Shown here: in pieces, positions 26,101 through 38,529 of the stretch
How the letters are laid out: every line of letters starts with the position of its first letter
How positions within the stretch are numbered: the first letter of the stretch is position 1
NCBI GenBank assembly: GCA_965202585.1
Contig: OZ241832.1
Span: forward strand, 33,976,001 to 34,040,000
Length of the DNA stretch: 64,000 bases
Origin: Thalia democratica
Lineage: Eukaryota
Direction: 5' to 3'
Made by a program: the position numbers and the translations under genes
Notes under the pieces: model-generated
The model's database searches: none
What the model saw: only the letters and a program-made list of their open reading frames with translations
What the model was told of the DNA's origin: nothing

Positions 26101-29100
26101 TTGCTTAGAAAAATTACTTAGATCAAAAAACTTTCCACAAAATAGGAAAATGATTAAGTCAACATACTTATTTTTATTAAGTATATTTAAATTAAGTTAC
26201 GTAGTTTGTACTGAATGAAAACTAAATAAACGTAAATATAAATAATAGTTATAATTAAAAACAAAAATCTAGCAGTTGTTGAAGTTTCAAAGTTTAAATT
26301 TTGGGACTTTAAACTAAAGTTATGTTTTAAATTAAAGATTTTTTTCAAACAAATAATCAAGAATTTTTAAGAGAAAACATGAGTTAACTACATAAATCAG
26401 AGAAACAGTATTTGCACATAGACACTCGAAATACACATTAAATCGATAATACCGTCTAAAGTTTCAGTACTTTGTTTTAGAACAGCTATGCAAAACTTTA
26501 AACTTGTATAGTTTTATTAAGCTATTGCTAAGAAAACACTAACAACACGTTTATTATTTATAAAACAAGCTGATTGGGTAATCTAAAGTTTCCTGCTAAT
26601 TTAAAAAGAAACATAATGTTTTTAAATTAAATAATAACTTATCAAGTTAAAATTTGAATACTGCTTTCGTTCAAAAACACCTTAAGTTTTTTTTTAGTGA
26701 AATAATATTGAACGAACTACTAGGGAACAACTGTATTGACTTAAACTAATTTAGCTTTTTAATATTTTGTTTAATTTAATGATTTGATACGTGATTCTAT
26801 ATTCGTTGTAAATAAATTATATACTTAAAAAAATTCACAGAAGCTGCAAAGAAACATTTTAAAATAATTGTTTTGTAAACGTTTAAATTGGTTTGCATGT
26901 AACCATTTAACAAGTAGAACTCTTCTTTACTACCAGAAACGTTTTTCAAGACTATTTTCTGACCGCAACTCCGTGGGGAAATAAAAAGTTAAACAGTTTT
27001 TTGTCATGCAAACTAAAACCAAACAAAAATACAAATTGGTAATGTTTTCCATTTAGCAAAATTTGCAAGGAATACAGCACTTATAATTTAATGCCGGGCA
27101 AAAGAGATGACTCTGCTGCTAATTAAGCAATATGCAGAAATGCATGTTCGGTGGCAATACATCATTTTGTGTAACAAAAGGCCGCGGCGAGGCCTTGCAA
27201 TATGTGTGTGTGTATATAGATAAGCAAGAAACTTGTAATTCTTATTATCGATCTTCGGCGCTACTTCATTAAAGCTTTTTTTCTTCTTTTATTTTCTGCT
27301 TCTTCCTTTGTTCAAGGCCGCAGTTTGTTCATTAACATTTCCGTGGAAATTGCAGTTTGTAAAAAAAACGAATCGGACCGGAGAAAATTTTTATAGTTAC
27401 GCTTTTTTTTCAACCAACAAAAATTACAAAACATTAGCAGCCCGAAAAGTATTTTGCAGTTGCGCCGCAAAAAAGCGTGTCATTGTTAAAAAGAGTTCTG
27501 ACTCGACCCCGGCTCATCCAGTTTGCAGCTTCACGCTCAAATTTCCCCTTTTGCGAGAGGAGCGCAGCGAACATGCGAGTCGCAAGACGCCGTTAATCTC
27601 GGGCTGGCAAACACGAAGATTAGCTGCTGCCGTGAGTAAGAGGTACATGCGACGTTGCAAGAAAATTTGCAGGCTCTTAATCTTCGACAAATCGATTCCC
27701 GTTCGTAATGAATAATTTAATTTTCAATCGAATACACGAAGTGTTGTGTTCGTAGAATGATAAATCAAAAAACCAGGTGCCGAAACTTTTGCTGGTCTTT
27801 TTTTTTTCATAGTGTATCTAAGTGTTATTTTGCTCCAAATTGCGATTATGAACTGGAGTAAAATAGACTTTTTTCTTTGTGTTGAAGTCGGCAGCTTGAA
27901 CGGTGTGAATTCGACACAAGGTTAGCAGCTGAGTTGAAAAATTAATTTTTAATGACCTTATGTGCCACTGTTTCGATGTTTGCAAAGTTTTCACACTGAT
28001 AAAGCATTGCTTTTTGAAGAGGTTATTTTCTCTATACATTCTTTTTTAACTTCGATGTTTTCTCAAAGTAAAATTTCGTTACAATTTTTTTTAAACACAT
28101 GCAAGTTAGCTCTTCCGTCTATAAATATTTTAAACTCTTTTTATCTATTGTGTAAAGAAAATTTTTAAAACATTTTAATTTTCATTTTCTATTTAAATTT
28201 TAAAGACATGCTGTCAAGTAAAAAACTAGATGAAAGCGCAACTAAACAAAAAAACCTAAAAAAGTTATCAACATCAAAACAAACTTCATCAAGTATGACT
28301 CACCGAAAGGGCCTTGCAAATTTGAGTTTCGCAGTCTTCGGCGTGGTTGTGGCTGCAAGGCTTGTACATGCCCAGTGTGACGCAGTTCATCAGTATGGCG
28401 AACATGGACATCCGCTCCAACCACGTGTGAAATGAAGAGTTAAGGGTGAACAATTGTTTTGACAAGCGTTTTAGTTTTTCGTGCATTGTAACGCTAGCTA
28501 CTGGCTTATGGTAGATAAAGTTTACAGATATACTTTATTTAGTTTAATATTTTAAAATTTTAATACAACTTTTTTTTATTAAGTATTCAAAAGTACTCTT
28601 TTATTTCTAATTTCAAACTATTTTGAAACAAGATTGTAGTTAAAAGCAAAAGTTTCAAACAGTGTTGCTTTTAAAAATAGTATTAGTAGCAAGCTAAATG
28701 TTAAAACTTCCACTGGGACGTTTACTACAGTATTTTGGTTAAGCTGCGGGGAAAAAAGTAAAGTTTTTGCAAATATATAAATACTGGCTTGGAGAAAAGT
28801 GTAGTCGATCAATACGCTCGTTTCAACTTATGCTCAAATACCAAGTTTGAAACATCAGCATATACTGCTAAAAAATGCTTCTACTTAAAATTTTTTGTAG
28901 TCTCAAAAAGCTGATAAGCGTAATATCATTAAGAAATCAAAAGTTTTTCAAAACTGTATAAACAATGTTTATATAATTGCTTAATTAATTTTGTTAAACT
29001 AAAACCGGGTTAAGTATGTCGAGTTCACTGTTGAAAAATTAATACGACACTAGACAAAAGTTACGTGTAATTTAATCATTTAAGGCGTAAAAAATCTTTG

Positions 29101-30086
29101 ATTAAGCCAATTAACAGTTCAAAAGTTTGTATGTTGACTTCACACACGTATGAAGGTTTAGAAAGTAAGAAACTAAGTTCATGAAGTTGTATAGCCTAGA
29201 TTATTTCATAATTTAAAAAAGTAAAAATTTTAGTTGTGTTTAGATTCTTTTGTAAGAGGTATAAAATGATTTTTAGTCGACTTACTTAGCTATAATTTAT
29301 AGATATTATAAATCTTAATTTATGCTAAAACATTTTTTTGATAAATTTTTAAAAGTTTTGCGTATATCAACAATATTATGTTGATTTATATATAAAGTAA
29401 GAGTTTCTGATAGTTTTGCAACACAATTTTAGCTTATGCTGTTCTTAGAACAGCTATCAAAAATTACAACAATATTAGATTAAAATTTAGTCTTGTTGAA
29501 ACGTTGAAAATTTTCCCCTGATATTTGCTGAGTCAGCAAATAAAAAAGATTTTTTCATGATCTTTTTATTTTAAGTTATTAAAAATCTATTCTTGATAAC
29601 TTTTAATATGCTTGGGTAAGGTAAGTTAGGGATAAGGGTTTAAATTATAAATAAAAATAAAAAATGTTTTTTAAAAATCTACTGACTCGGCAAATATTAG
29701 GGGAAACACCTTCACATTGCAATCGGACTCATTAAAATATAAACTTTTATTTGATGAACCTCTTGTCATATATAAACAACTGCTTAAACAACAAAAGGAT
29801 ATGGATTGGCGACGATCCTCAGGAACCAGATCCTCGGCACCGACGTCTGCCGCATGCACCCGAACACCACGGGGTGCAGCCCCGGAAAAAAATCCCCCTG
29901 GTTCTTTCCCGACGACGTCAGCGTGTTGGTCATCGAGTCGTCCTCGATTTGCGAGGCGACGGCCGCGTGGTGGCGCTGCTCGTCGTCGCCGTCGACGCGG
30001 AACGCCACCGACTTGACGATGGTGTCCCTCCGCATCGAGCATGGGTGCGGGGCTTCGATTGTGACGTCATAGTTGCTTTCTTCCAT
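2156..30086 (-). CDS. CACNA1G/H/I (Cav3): T-type (low-voltage-activated) calcium channel alpha-1 subunit, Cav3 family; complete, 40 coding exons, ~2087 aa
   Basis: Exons joined with consistent phase: 29803-30086, 28304-28424, 25756-25889, 22881-22981, 22352-22529, 19760-19983, 19374-19495, 18618-18710, 18080-18297, 17297-17818, 16993-17180, 15755-16002, 14874-15017, 14311-14462, 13316-13504, 13029-13152, 12465-12620, 11822-11962, 11073-11130, 10589-10839, 9751-9856, 9411-9574, 8975-9081, 8746-8869, 8486-8601, 7927-8070, 7650-7776, 7393-7487, 6993-7107, 6569-6724, 6291-6453, 5584-5726, 4919-5028, 4525-4655, 4250-4399, 3721-3971, 3420-3518, 2821-2965, 2230-2383, 2156-2171 (6264 nt). Four S4 segments (e.g. 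[17 protein letters not shown]). Pore loops ISLEGW/LTQEDW/ASKDGW/STGDNW give the EEDD T-type filter. Gating brake SETKQRE...STLAS...CYEE and ITHTAATP motif present. Linker exon boundaries are less certain than transmembrane exons. Confidence 0.96.
3721..5726 (-). other. Cav3 repeat IV (exons 32-36)
   Basis: [98 protein letters not shown]. Confidence 0.95.
5984..6242 (+). repeat. ~260-bp dispersed repeat, copy B, in Cav3 intron 31
   Basis: See copy A at 344-603. Confidence 0.85.
6569..8869 (-). other. Cav3 repeat III (exons 24-30)
   Basis: [89 protein letters not shown]. Confidence 0.95.
12465..15017 (-). other. Cav3 repeat II (exons 13-17)
   Basis: [59 protein letters not shown]...[42 protein letters not shown]. 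Confidence 0.95.
18080..28424 (-). other. Cav3 repeat I (exons 2-9) including gating brake
   Basis: [20 protein letters not shown] (S1), [13 protein letters not shown] (S3), S4, [21 protein letters not shown]|[12 protein letters not shown] (pore), [25 protein letters not shown] (S6). Confidence 0.93.
25036..25588 (+). repeat. ~100-bp direct repeat pair (25036-25136 and 25487-25588) in Cav3 intron 3
   Basis: TAAAATA(T/A)TCGTGTGTTTATT...GTTCTTGAGTAGTAATTTTACTTATT...CTGACAGTTCTTT...CGCCTA, about 7 substitutions by eye. Confidence 0.9.
28425..29802 (-). other. U12-type (minor spliceosome) AT-AC intron in Cav3
   Basis: 5' end ATATCCTTTTGT at 29802, branch point CCCTTAAC at 28446-28439, 3' end ...TTTCACAC at 28425. 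Splicing gives ANP|WLER in frame, matching the conserved NPW(F/L)E start of IS1. Confidence 0.93.
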
Positions 30087-32558
30087 TCTCGCCGTCGATT
30101 TGTTGCGATGAAGCTGATTTTTAAGTCAGGTCATCAGAAGCGGTTGAAGCTTGACTTTTTTGATTTTTTTAAGTATATTACTGTTGAGACCTGAAAAAAC
30201 AGCAAGTTAGTTTTGATAGCGCACAGCGAAGCGGCTAATCCCATCGGTGAGCGATCAAGTCGGCGTTGAACTTGAAGGCTGCCAATCAAACTTGAAACTG
30301 CTTTTGCATGCGCGCACTTTTAACTTTGTCAAAAAAGAAGGGTTGAAACTCATCCGGCTTTGAAGTGGGCCCGAAACTAAACATGTGCCTTTTTGTTATT
30401 TTAAAAGTTTACATGCCTCAAAGCTTGTTTACCTTTCAGACACGCAAACTGTAGCTTTTTATGTGGCGGTTTTCGCATGGTAAAAGCTTTTGCAGACTTA
30501 GTTTTTAATTTTTTTTATCGGAAACTTTAGGTATTTTTGGATCGTAACGATGTGCTGCGACATATTAAGTTGCAAGTTCAAAGGGCAATAAAAATTTGTA
30601 AGCGTTTTACCCGTCCGTCTATAATCAATACTTATTGGTAGTGACATTTTTTTTGTTTTAGAATATATTTGAAGATTAAAGATTTTTTTCATAATTACTA
30701 AGATACAAAAGTTAAATATATACCAAATTTTACTTTTCTTTACACTTCTAAACTTTTAATTGTTTTACAAAAGTGTTGTACCATGTATTGTACAAACAAA
30801 AACCAAAATAACAAAATTTTGCAAAGAATAGTTGCTTTTTATTCAAAATTACAGCTTAATACACAAACTGCTAATCTAGCAGCTAAAACTGTAAAAAGCT
30901 GATGTACTGGTGTCATTTTCATAAAATATAACTACAAAAATAGTGTAACATACTTATAATTAACGAAAATTTAAGTTGCAGCGGATTTTTGCCATTAACA
31001 GTTAAGTAAAAAGGCACAAAGTGAATCAGTACGACAAAACCACAAATGACAATTGCAACTATGTTTATTTAATTTATTTTAAGCATTCGAAGCATGCACT
31101 TTTCAAATTATTAGCAAATTGCGGTCATGAATAATTAAGAATGGGGGCCCACTTATCAAGAAGAGTGAATTTTATCAGCTTATCTGGGTGCAAGTTTCAA
31201 GTGTCTCATTGATTCTTCAAACGTCAATTAAGATATCTTTGCTATCTTACGAAATTCCAATCGCGATGAAAACAAACATAAGGCTTGTTGTTGTTACGAA
31301 ATTCAAAACACTCGTGGGTGGAACGAGCTTTGCGGTCGGCTTAAAATATGTTTTGTAAGTATTGGTAGTTACTTTCATTTCCTAAATCGTAATATGTACT
31401 TACCGAAATAAAATAGCTTTTTTTTTCTATTTAATTAGAAAAAAGGAAAAAAAAAAAGGAAAAAATTATAAACATTTTCTATTATCTATCTGATCGCTTA
31501 TTATCTATGTAATAACTTTATCTATTTTTTTTTTGTTTGGGCAAAAAGTATGAAAGACGTTGGTTTTTAAACAATTTTTTTTTAGTATATGAAACCTGTT
31601 CACGAGACGTCAAAGTAATTTTTACGTATTTATAAATTTTGTTCGTTTTTATTCTAGTTCTCGAAGTTTAAAGATACAAATCGAGTTTTGTACAAAAAAT
31701 AGTGTTAATAAAGTAAAGTAAATTTGTTTTTAATAATTAATCGTTTAAAGTTTTCGAAAAGATCAAAAACACTTTTAACATAGTATAACATAATAACTTT
31801 GTTTATTATAATTATAAAGTTTAAGTTTTTACAAACATTTTAAACTAAACATAGAAAGTTTCATTGTATTGTTAAGCAAGTATTTATTTTTAATTTGATT
31901 TAAAAGGTGTAAAAATTAATAAGTTTTTATTAAAGTAACGAGGTTATTATATTTTCCCATTAACTCTTATAGCTCAAACTACTAGTTATTTTTAAGTTAA
32001 TCAGTAAATTTATTTCATAAATATTTTTACATTTAATATATACAAACTTAGTGATTAATTTCTTTACAAATAGTAAAAAAATAAAACTATTTATACATGA
32101 AATTAACAATGTTTGTAAAATGTACTAAAACAAAAACTTTTTAAACATTTAATTAATTTTGACTAAAACCGTATAGTAGCTATTAAGCAACTAAACTATT
32201 TCAAAATTAAGTTTATAGTACAAGTCCTATCTACAGTATACATTTAACTTGATCGTCTTACACTGTTTAAAAAGGCTAAAAGATAAACTTGGCAGTTTCG
32301 ACTGCATGTTGCAAAATCAAGTTGAAACTATCCTAACCAAACAAAATATATCTATGTACATATATGCAAAACTAATATTTTTTTTTTCATTTAACATCAA
32401 ATTTTTGAACTAAAACTCCAAACGAACAGCTACTCAGCTGAAAAAACAACAAATGAACTTGGTTTCAAAGGCGCTGGCATTAAATTTCACTTTTCAACAA
32501 AAGTGAGGCTGGCACCAGCAGAAGACAAATGAAACGGTCAGCACCGCGGCCTTCATAC

Positions 32559-32830
32559 CAGCCGATTGTTCCGTTCTCGCGCAAAGAAAACAACCGCGCT
32601 CGCGTTCGATTGTCCGCCCGCTTATATACGACCCGCGCTCTCTCTCTCTGCGCTCAGTCCTCGTGATTTCGCAGAAAAAATAAAGCTCCGTCTCTCGGCG
32701 GCGACGCTGTTTTTTGCGAGTTTTTCGCATTGTGCATTTTCGCGACGACTTTTTTTGGTTATTTTTTTGGTTGAACTTGCTAATTTGCTCTTTTGTGACC
32801 GATTTATTGCGTAACAATTATATGCGGGTT
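32559..32830. promoter_or_regulatory. CpG-rich putative promoter / non-coding first exon region upstream of Cav3
   Basis: GC/CpG island in AT-rich DNA. TATATA at 32623-32628, (CT)n tract, TCAGT at 32654-32658. Minus-strand donor CTG|gtatga at 32558 could join the acceptor at 30191 upstream of the Cav3 ATG. Confidence 0.45.
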
Positions 32831-35738
32831 TGAACAATAAAAAGTTGAGTTTTTGATATTAATCGATCACTTTCGAGTTTTAAATTAAAAATTATACGAT
32901 AGATAATAAAGTGTTTAAAGGAATTGTTTGTTAAAACTACAGATTACGTAAAGAAAAGTGTTTTTTATTTATACTACGAAAAATACTGCTAATTACAACA
33001 AATTCAGAGCTTGATCTATTTAATTCCATCAAGTCTTAAACGATTTTTAATGACTATCATATGTTGAAGAAAAAACAAGTAATTAGTAAACTCTGCTATT
33101 TTTAACATCGTTTTGTTTTGTTAGACGCAATTCTCACAGATAATTAGATGTTTAATAAATCATAAAATGTAAAAGTTCTAAACAATTAAACAACATAAAG
33201 CTATGTTCTTAAAAAACAATCAAGTTTTATTCTGTACGATACTGATTTAGCTTTAGAAGTTTCAAGTTTGAATTACTACTCATTTTAAAAAGGTAATAAA
33301 AAATATTTGACTTGTAATTTTTTTTTTTTTTATTAAAAAATTTACAATCTGTAGTACAACTGACTAAAAACGTGTTTTTTATATCTATGCTTATGCAAAG
33401 TAACTAATTTGATTTTTTTTAAGTTTACTAAGTGCGAATAGGTCGTGAATAAGTAAACTATTCAGCAGAATAAAAGTTTGTAAGGTATAATTTATGCATA
33501 AAAAGCACTTCGATTATTGTTTTAATTTATTCAATTGAATATAAGATAGTTAGTTTATTGTAATTAAATAACATTTTTTATTTAAGCACTGACGAGGTCT
33601 TTGACCAAAGCTTAGTTTGCATAATAAAGTCTTGAAAGAATAACTATAGTTAGTTCATATTTGAACACATTTTAACATGCTCTTAGTATTCCTAAATAGA
33701 ATATAAGTAATACATTTAAAATCTATTTCCAAAATTTTTTTTTAACTCTTTTAATTAATTTGAATTATGATTCAGACAAAAAACTCAAACTTAAAAGGGG
33801 CTTATAAAATACATGAAAAAAAAATTCTTAATATGTATAGCAAATGTTAATAAAAATTTTAAACTTTTTAAAATACTTTTGCATTAATAACATTAAAAAC
33901 TTTAAAGACATCCACAAAGTATGATTTAATAAGAATATTTTAATTGAAACAAAATTTCAATATTTTTTCAAATAAACTTGAGTGGGTAGTTTATCTATGT
34001 TTTGTACATACAACATTGAATCACACTAAATTAGTAGTATACATACAACAAATACAATTGTATGTTAGTTGCACAAGCTTATAACCTTTTTCAGTTTAGT
34101 TAATCAAGTCACTTGTTGATGATCTGAATAAAAACTAATTTTTGAATTAATTCAAAAAAAAATTTTTAAACATCTATTGATCATATTATTCTTCTTATTT
34201 AACTGTAGATTGTTTTAAAAACTTAACTAAAACCCAAAAAGTTATTCTAGGATAGTAATTACGTACTCATTAAATTTTCAACTGGTTCTGATAGTATTTC
34301 AATAACTAATCAAACTTTTTAAATTACTCATACAACTTATGTAAATGAGTAATTTTTATAGAAAATTTAGGTTGTACACTAAAGAAATTAAAGTAGTCTG
34401 TTTTAATCAACTTTTTTTTTTTTAATTTTGTGTTGGTAAGTACCATAATTTCTGTATATAATGAAATATTTATATGTAAACACAGACTGTAGAAAATCTA
34501 AACAGTTTCAAAACATAAGTAAAATTTTCCAAATATTCAAATTAAAACTAGTACTTTTTGCTCTTGAATTTTTTGAATTTCATTGAATTACTTTTTATAG
34601 TTATAAAAACCCACATTTTGTGTCGGCAAAAAGCAATAAACTTAAGTACTTAAGTTCAGTTACCATTATTATTTTATAGCAACAAATAATTTAGTTATAG
34701 TGAACTTACTTTTTTTAAATCGTAGTAACTGCAAAACTTGCTTATAATAGGTTTAAAATGATAGTAAAAGTAAAATATTTAGTTTAGATAACAAATTTGT
34801 AAGTGTTAAAATTACACTGTTCTACTGGTTTAGATCATGCAAGTCTAGACAACAACATTTTAAAATTTAATGATGAATTTTAAAGTCTTGTTATTTAAAA
34901 AGTTAATATTTAGTTACATTAATGAGTGATAACAATAAGTAAAATCTTTTAGACTAAACTTATTACTCATAAACTAAACAATTTTATTTCAAAATGTTAC
35001 GGTTAAGTTTTTAAACGATATGTAAGTGTAAAACTTATACAAAAATAGTTTAACCAAACAGGCGTTCTGATTAAGTATGTGATTTTTGTTATATTTCTTT
35101 AGTTAACCGACAAAATTATTTTTGAATAATTTGAAAGATAAAATTTTAAATTTTTAAATATGTTTTTATATAGGTTTTTTAGATTATTTTGTTTTAAACT
35201 TCTATTTATCACTTTAATGGTTATATACAGAAACTGTGTTTAGTCAAGTATTACATAAAAGTTTACTGTTTATGAAAAAGAACTAGTCTTTTAAATTATT
35301 TTTAAATCATAAAATGAAGATTACTTCTTAAAACACGAAAGAACTTTAAAGAAATTTGAAAAAGTCTAAAGTACATGAAAAGCTTAGTAAACTAATTATA
35401 CTATTCAATTTGACTGTAGTATAGAATTCAAAATATATAAAAAATGAGTTACAAAGTTCATTAATTTAAATCTACAAGTACTAATTAAGTTTTATAAGTT
35501 CTTAATTTTTTTATGTTTTATGTATTGTAACAAGTCTTTATAAATAAAAGTATTTGAAAAGATATATATCAAGTAAGCAATTGGTTTGAATATTTTCTTC
35601 TAGGGTAAAGTGAGTTTCCAAAGCACTTGTTAAATATAATATGCAGTACTTGTATGTTTTTTTAGACGTGATGTAATCTTGATGAGTTATGGTGACTTTG
35701 AACTTTACAAATAAAATTTAAAAAATATAACTTTAAGT

Positions 35739-36434
35739 TAGGGGTGGGAAACGTTTTTCAATCAACGGGCCGGATCCGGAAAAAATTAGTCATTTGCGGG
35801 CCGGAGCATCTCGAATTAGTTATTTACCGAATCCGGTATCCAGATCTAGCCGAATAATGACTTTTTAGATCCAAATCCAACTAGATACTAATTTTAAATC
35901 GAGATCCGGATCCGGTCGGATTCTAGTTTAAATAAAAGTTATGGATCCGGCCGGAATCTAACTTTATAGATACAGTTGATCACTTTCTTGAATCCTTTAA
36001 ATTCACAAAAATTTTTCAAGTCTGACCGCTTAAGATGTAGATTGAGACATATCACATGTTCAAATAATAACTATAAGTATAATTGATATTGTAATTGACA
36101 AATTTACGTAAATAAAATATCGTACTTAAAAAAACACTTTGCTTGAGGTAATGTGACAAAAAGATATTCCAACTAAGTTAGAACAACACAAAATATTCGG
36201 ACAAAATGGTGTATTCATTAGTAAACATTAAATTATAAAGTTATTTTTTATCATGTTTTTAAAGTTTTTTAAAACTTTATAATATCGACCCTTTGCAGGC
36301 TTGTCACTTTGCTCGCGGGCCGGTCATTTTCATTTGCGGGCCGGATCTTATTAAAATTTAAAAAATGGTCGGGGCCGGTCATTTTCACTCTGCGGGCCGG
36401 ATCCGGCCCGCGGGCCGTACGTTGCCTTCCCCTA
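35739..36434. mobile_element. Non-autonomous hAT (Charlie-like) element / MITE
   Basis: TIRs TAGGGGTGGGAAACGT / ACGTTGCCTTCCCCTA (13/16 match). Perfect 8-bp TSD CTTTAAGT (35731-35738, 36435-36442). Subterminal GCGGGCCGG repeats and the GGCCCGCGGGCC palindrome typical of Charlie-type elements. Confidence 0.88.
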
Positions 36435-37645
36435 CTTTAAGTAAATCAAAATTGGATAACATTATTCCTAAGATTATACTATGATTTGTTTTATTTGAAT
36501 GTTTTTATTTGTGCTTTTGTTGTGAGACTAAACCATGTCTTTTAATTGAGATAAACTTTGTTTTAGACTTAAACTGATATTTTAATTATTTGTACTTCTC
36601 TCTTGTAAGTATTTAAAAACAATTTTTAACCATCATATAATACTTTTTTTACATTAGAAGATATATGCAAAAAAATAGTTTAAATTCATAGTTTCAAAGG
36701 TTCATTTATTATAACTTGAAGTTAGTATCCACCAACTCTTTACTTTAATTAAATTAACCTAAATCTTATTCTTATAATTAATTTTTAGATAAATTTATCT
36801 ACCACAGTCAGTAATATCTAATTTTTCATAAAAAATTATTGCTTTTAATATCACTTAAAATACTAAATGTTTAGTTTTAAGGAATACAACAAATTGAATA
36901 AAACACTTATTTTAATTATTTTTTTGTTTAAAAAACTCATTTTTATTAATTACTTGTCGTTTTAATTAATTGTGCTTTTTATTAAGTCTTCATTTTCTAT
37001 ATATTTATATTGTTTTTAGTTAGTTTGTGAGCATTTAGTATATTTTTTAAGGGAATTTGTTAGTTCCTAAGGCGGATAATTCTTAATAAAAGTTATAATG
37101 AAAAAGTTCTTATGTCTTGCAATAAAATTGTATTTAAATACATTTAAAGGTTTATCTTTATCTAAATAAAAAAATTATTTTAACATAATTTAGAGTCCAT
37201 TTAAAGTTTTACATATTTAAAAAACTCATGAATCAGATATCACAAGCTGTAAGCTTCAGTAACACACAAGGTTCTAATCTTTATCAACGCCGATATAAAG
37301 TCGCAATTGAACAACTTGAAAAAATATAAAAAATCTTTTTGTTTTATTCCTGCTTTATTTGTAAGATTTAACTATGTTTTTTGTTCTATATAGCTTTTAT
37401 TATACATCTTAGTTCGCAATTTATATATTTTCTTAATCTAAAAACAATTTGTCAAATATTGTTGAAGAAATAGTTTAGGTTTGTTTGTAGAATACTAATA
37501 AACAACTTTTAGCAAAGCTATAATACTAATTTCTACTTTAGTTAAGAGATGCATGCAACAAGCATAGTTTTAAAGATTAATTTTACCTTGAAGTTAGACT
37601 TCATAAGCTCTTTACTTTAATTGAAAACGCTTTGATATCTACAAA

Positions 37646-37714
37646 GTGGTGTACGACTCGAAAACCAAAAGGTTTATTCGTACACCAGGTCCTTAGACCG
37701 TTCAATTAACAATA
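37646..37714 (+). repeat. Short hairpin-forming repeat; second copy inverted at 46067-46161
   Basis: TGGTGTACGA...AACC-AAAA-GGTT...TCGTACACCA followed by CGTTCAATTAACAATA. The reverse complement of 46067-46161 has the same layout. Confidence 0.75.
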
Positions 37715-38218
37715 CATATATTTAAGAAGAAAAAAATCAGTTATGTCTATTTCTGCTATACAATTTTTATGTATTTAAATGTTTTAAGAAAGCTTTGAGT
37801 CAGGAAACAACAGCTGTAAGCTCCAGCAATATACAGACCGTTGATCTCCTGTGCAAGTCTTGTAATTTTCATTTCCAGTTACTTTTAAAGCATAAATATC
37901 CTTTGCAGACAATTTTTTTAAAGACATTGCATTCAACTAGTAAAAGTCTAGTATTAGAATCTTTATTATGTAAACTTGTTAAAAGTAAAATATATTATAT
38001 AAAATCAAGCTCAAATCTTTTTTTTACCTTTTTGTACAACTTTCAAGTGTGTACCTCTCCATCTATCAGTATCCTACATTAAAAACATTCTAAATTGTAA
38101 CCAATCTTTAAAGTTTTGTTATGTAAATTAGTTTGAAGACTTATGTATCTTTTTCCTTTATTTTGTTACTTTCCAGTTTTAACGGTTTCCATTTAACAAT
38201 TATCTACGCAATCCACAG

Positions 38219-38490
38219 TATGAACCCCCGCTCTGAATCCATGCCATTTGAAGACCGTTACGTTCACGTGCGCTCAGCAGGTGACAAGGGGACTCTGGAA
38301 CAGCTTTGCTGGGAGAAAATCAAATATGTGGAACCTATCAACCGTGATGACGTAATAAAGGGAGTGGTCATGCACTAGGGGGCTAAAGTTTAACATGGCA
38401 AGGACGTTTTGGTTGCTCATATTATCAGCGACTTTGTGGAAACCCGGAAAAATACCCGTAAAGCCACGAACTGATGTTTTTGGCAAACAT
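38219..38490. other. Unassigned GC-elevated, coding-like island
   Basis: Plus strand acceptor ccacag then 52 open codons to TAG at 38378. A minus-strand frame is also open (38274-38513). Strand and identity unresolved. Confidence 0.25.
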
Positions 38491-38529
38491 TTATAGAAAA
38501 CAATTTGAAACACTAGAGCTATGTATGTC

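Noticed and set aside
27308-27715. 135-codon plus-strand ORF in Cav3 intron 2
   Set aside because: Non-ATG start and no recognisable domain; better explained as a GC-elevated regulatory island
3698-30194. Antisense and off-frame ORFs over GC-rich Cav3 exons (e.g. 3752-4078, 17392-17835, 18037-18309, 29671-30194)
   Set aside because: Shadows of high-GC3 coding exons, which deplete stop codons in other frames
33589-33610. Hammerhead-ribozyme-like CTGACGA-GGTC-TTT-GACC-AAAG
   Set aside because: Lacks the invariant G of GAAA, and I could not build stems I and III with an NUH cleavage site
37879-37905. ATATCCTTTG resembling a second U12 donor
   Set aside because: About two such 9-mers are expected by chance in this AT-rich window; no convincing branch point or in-frame partner exon
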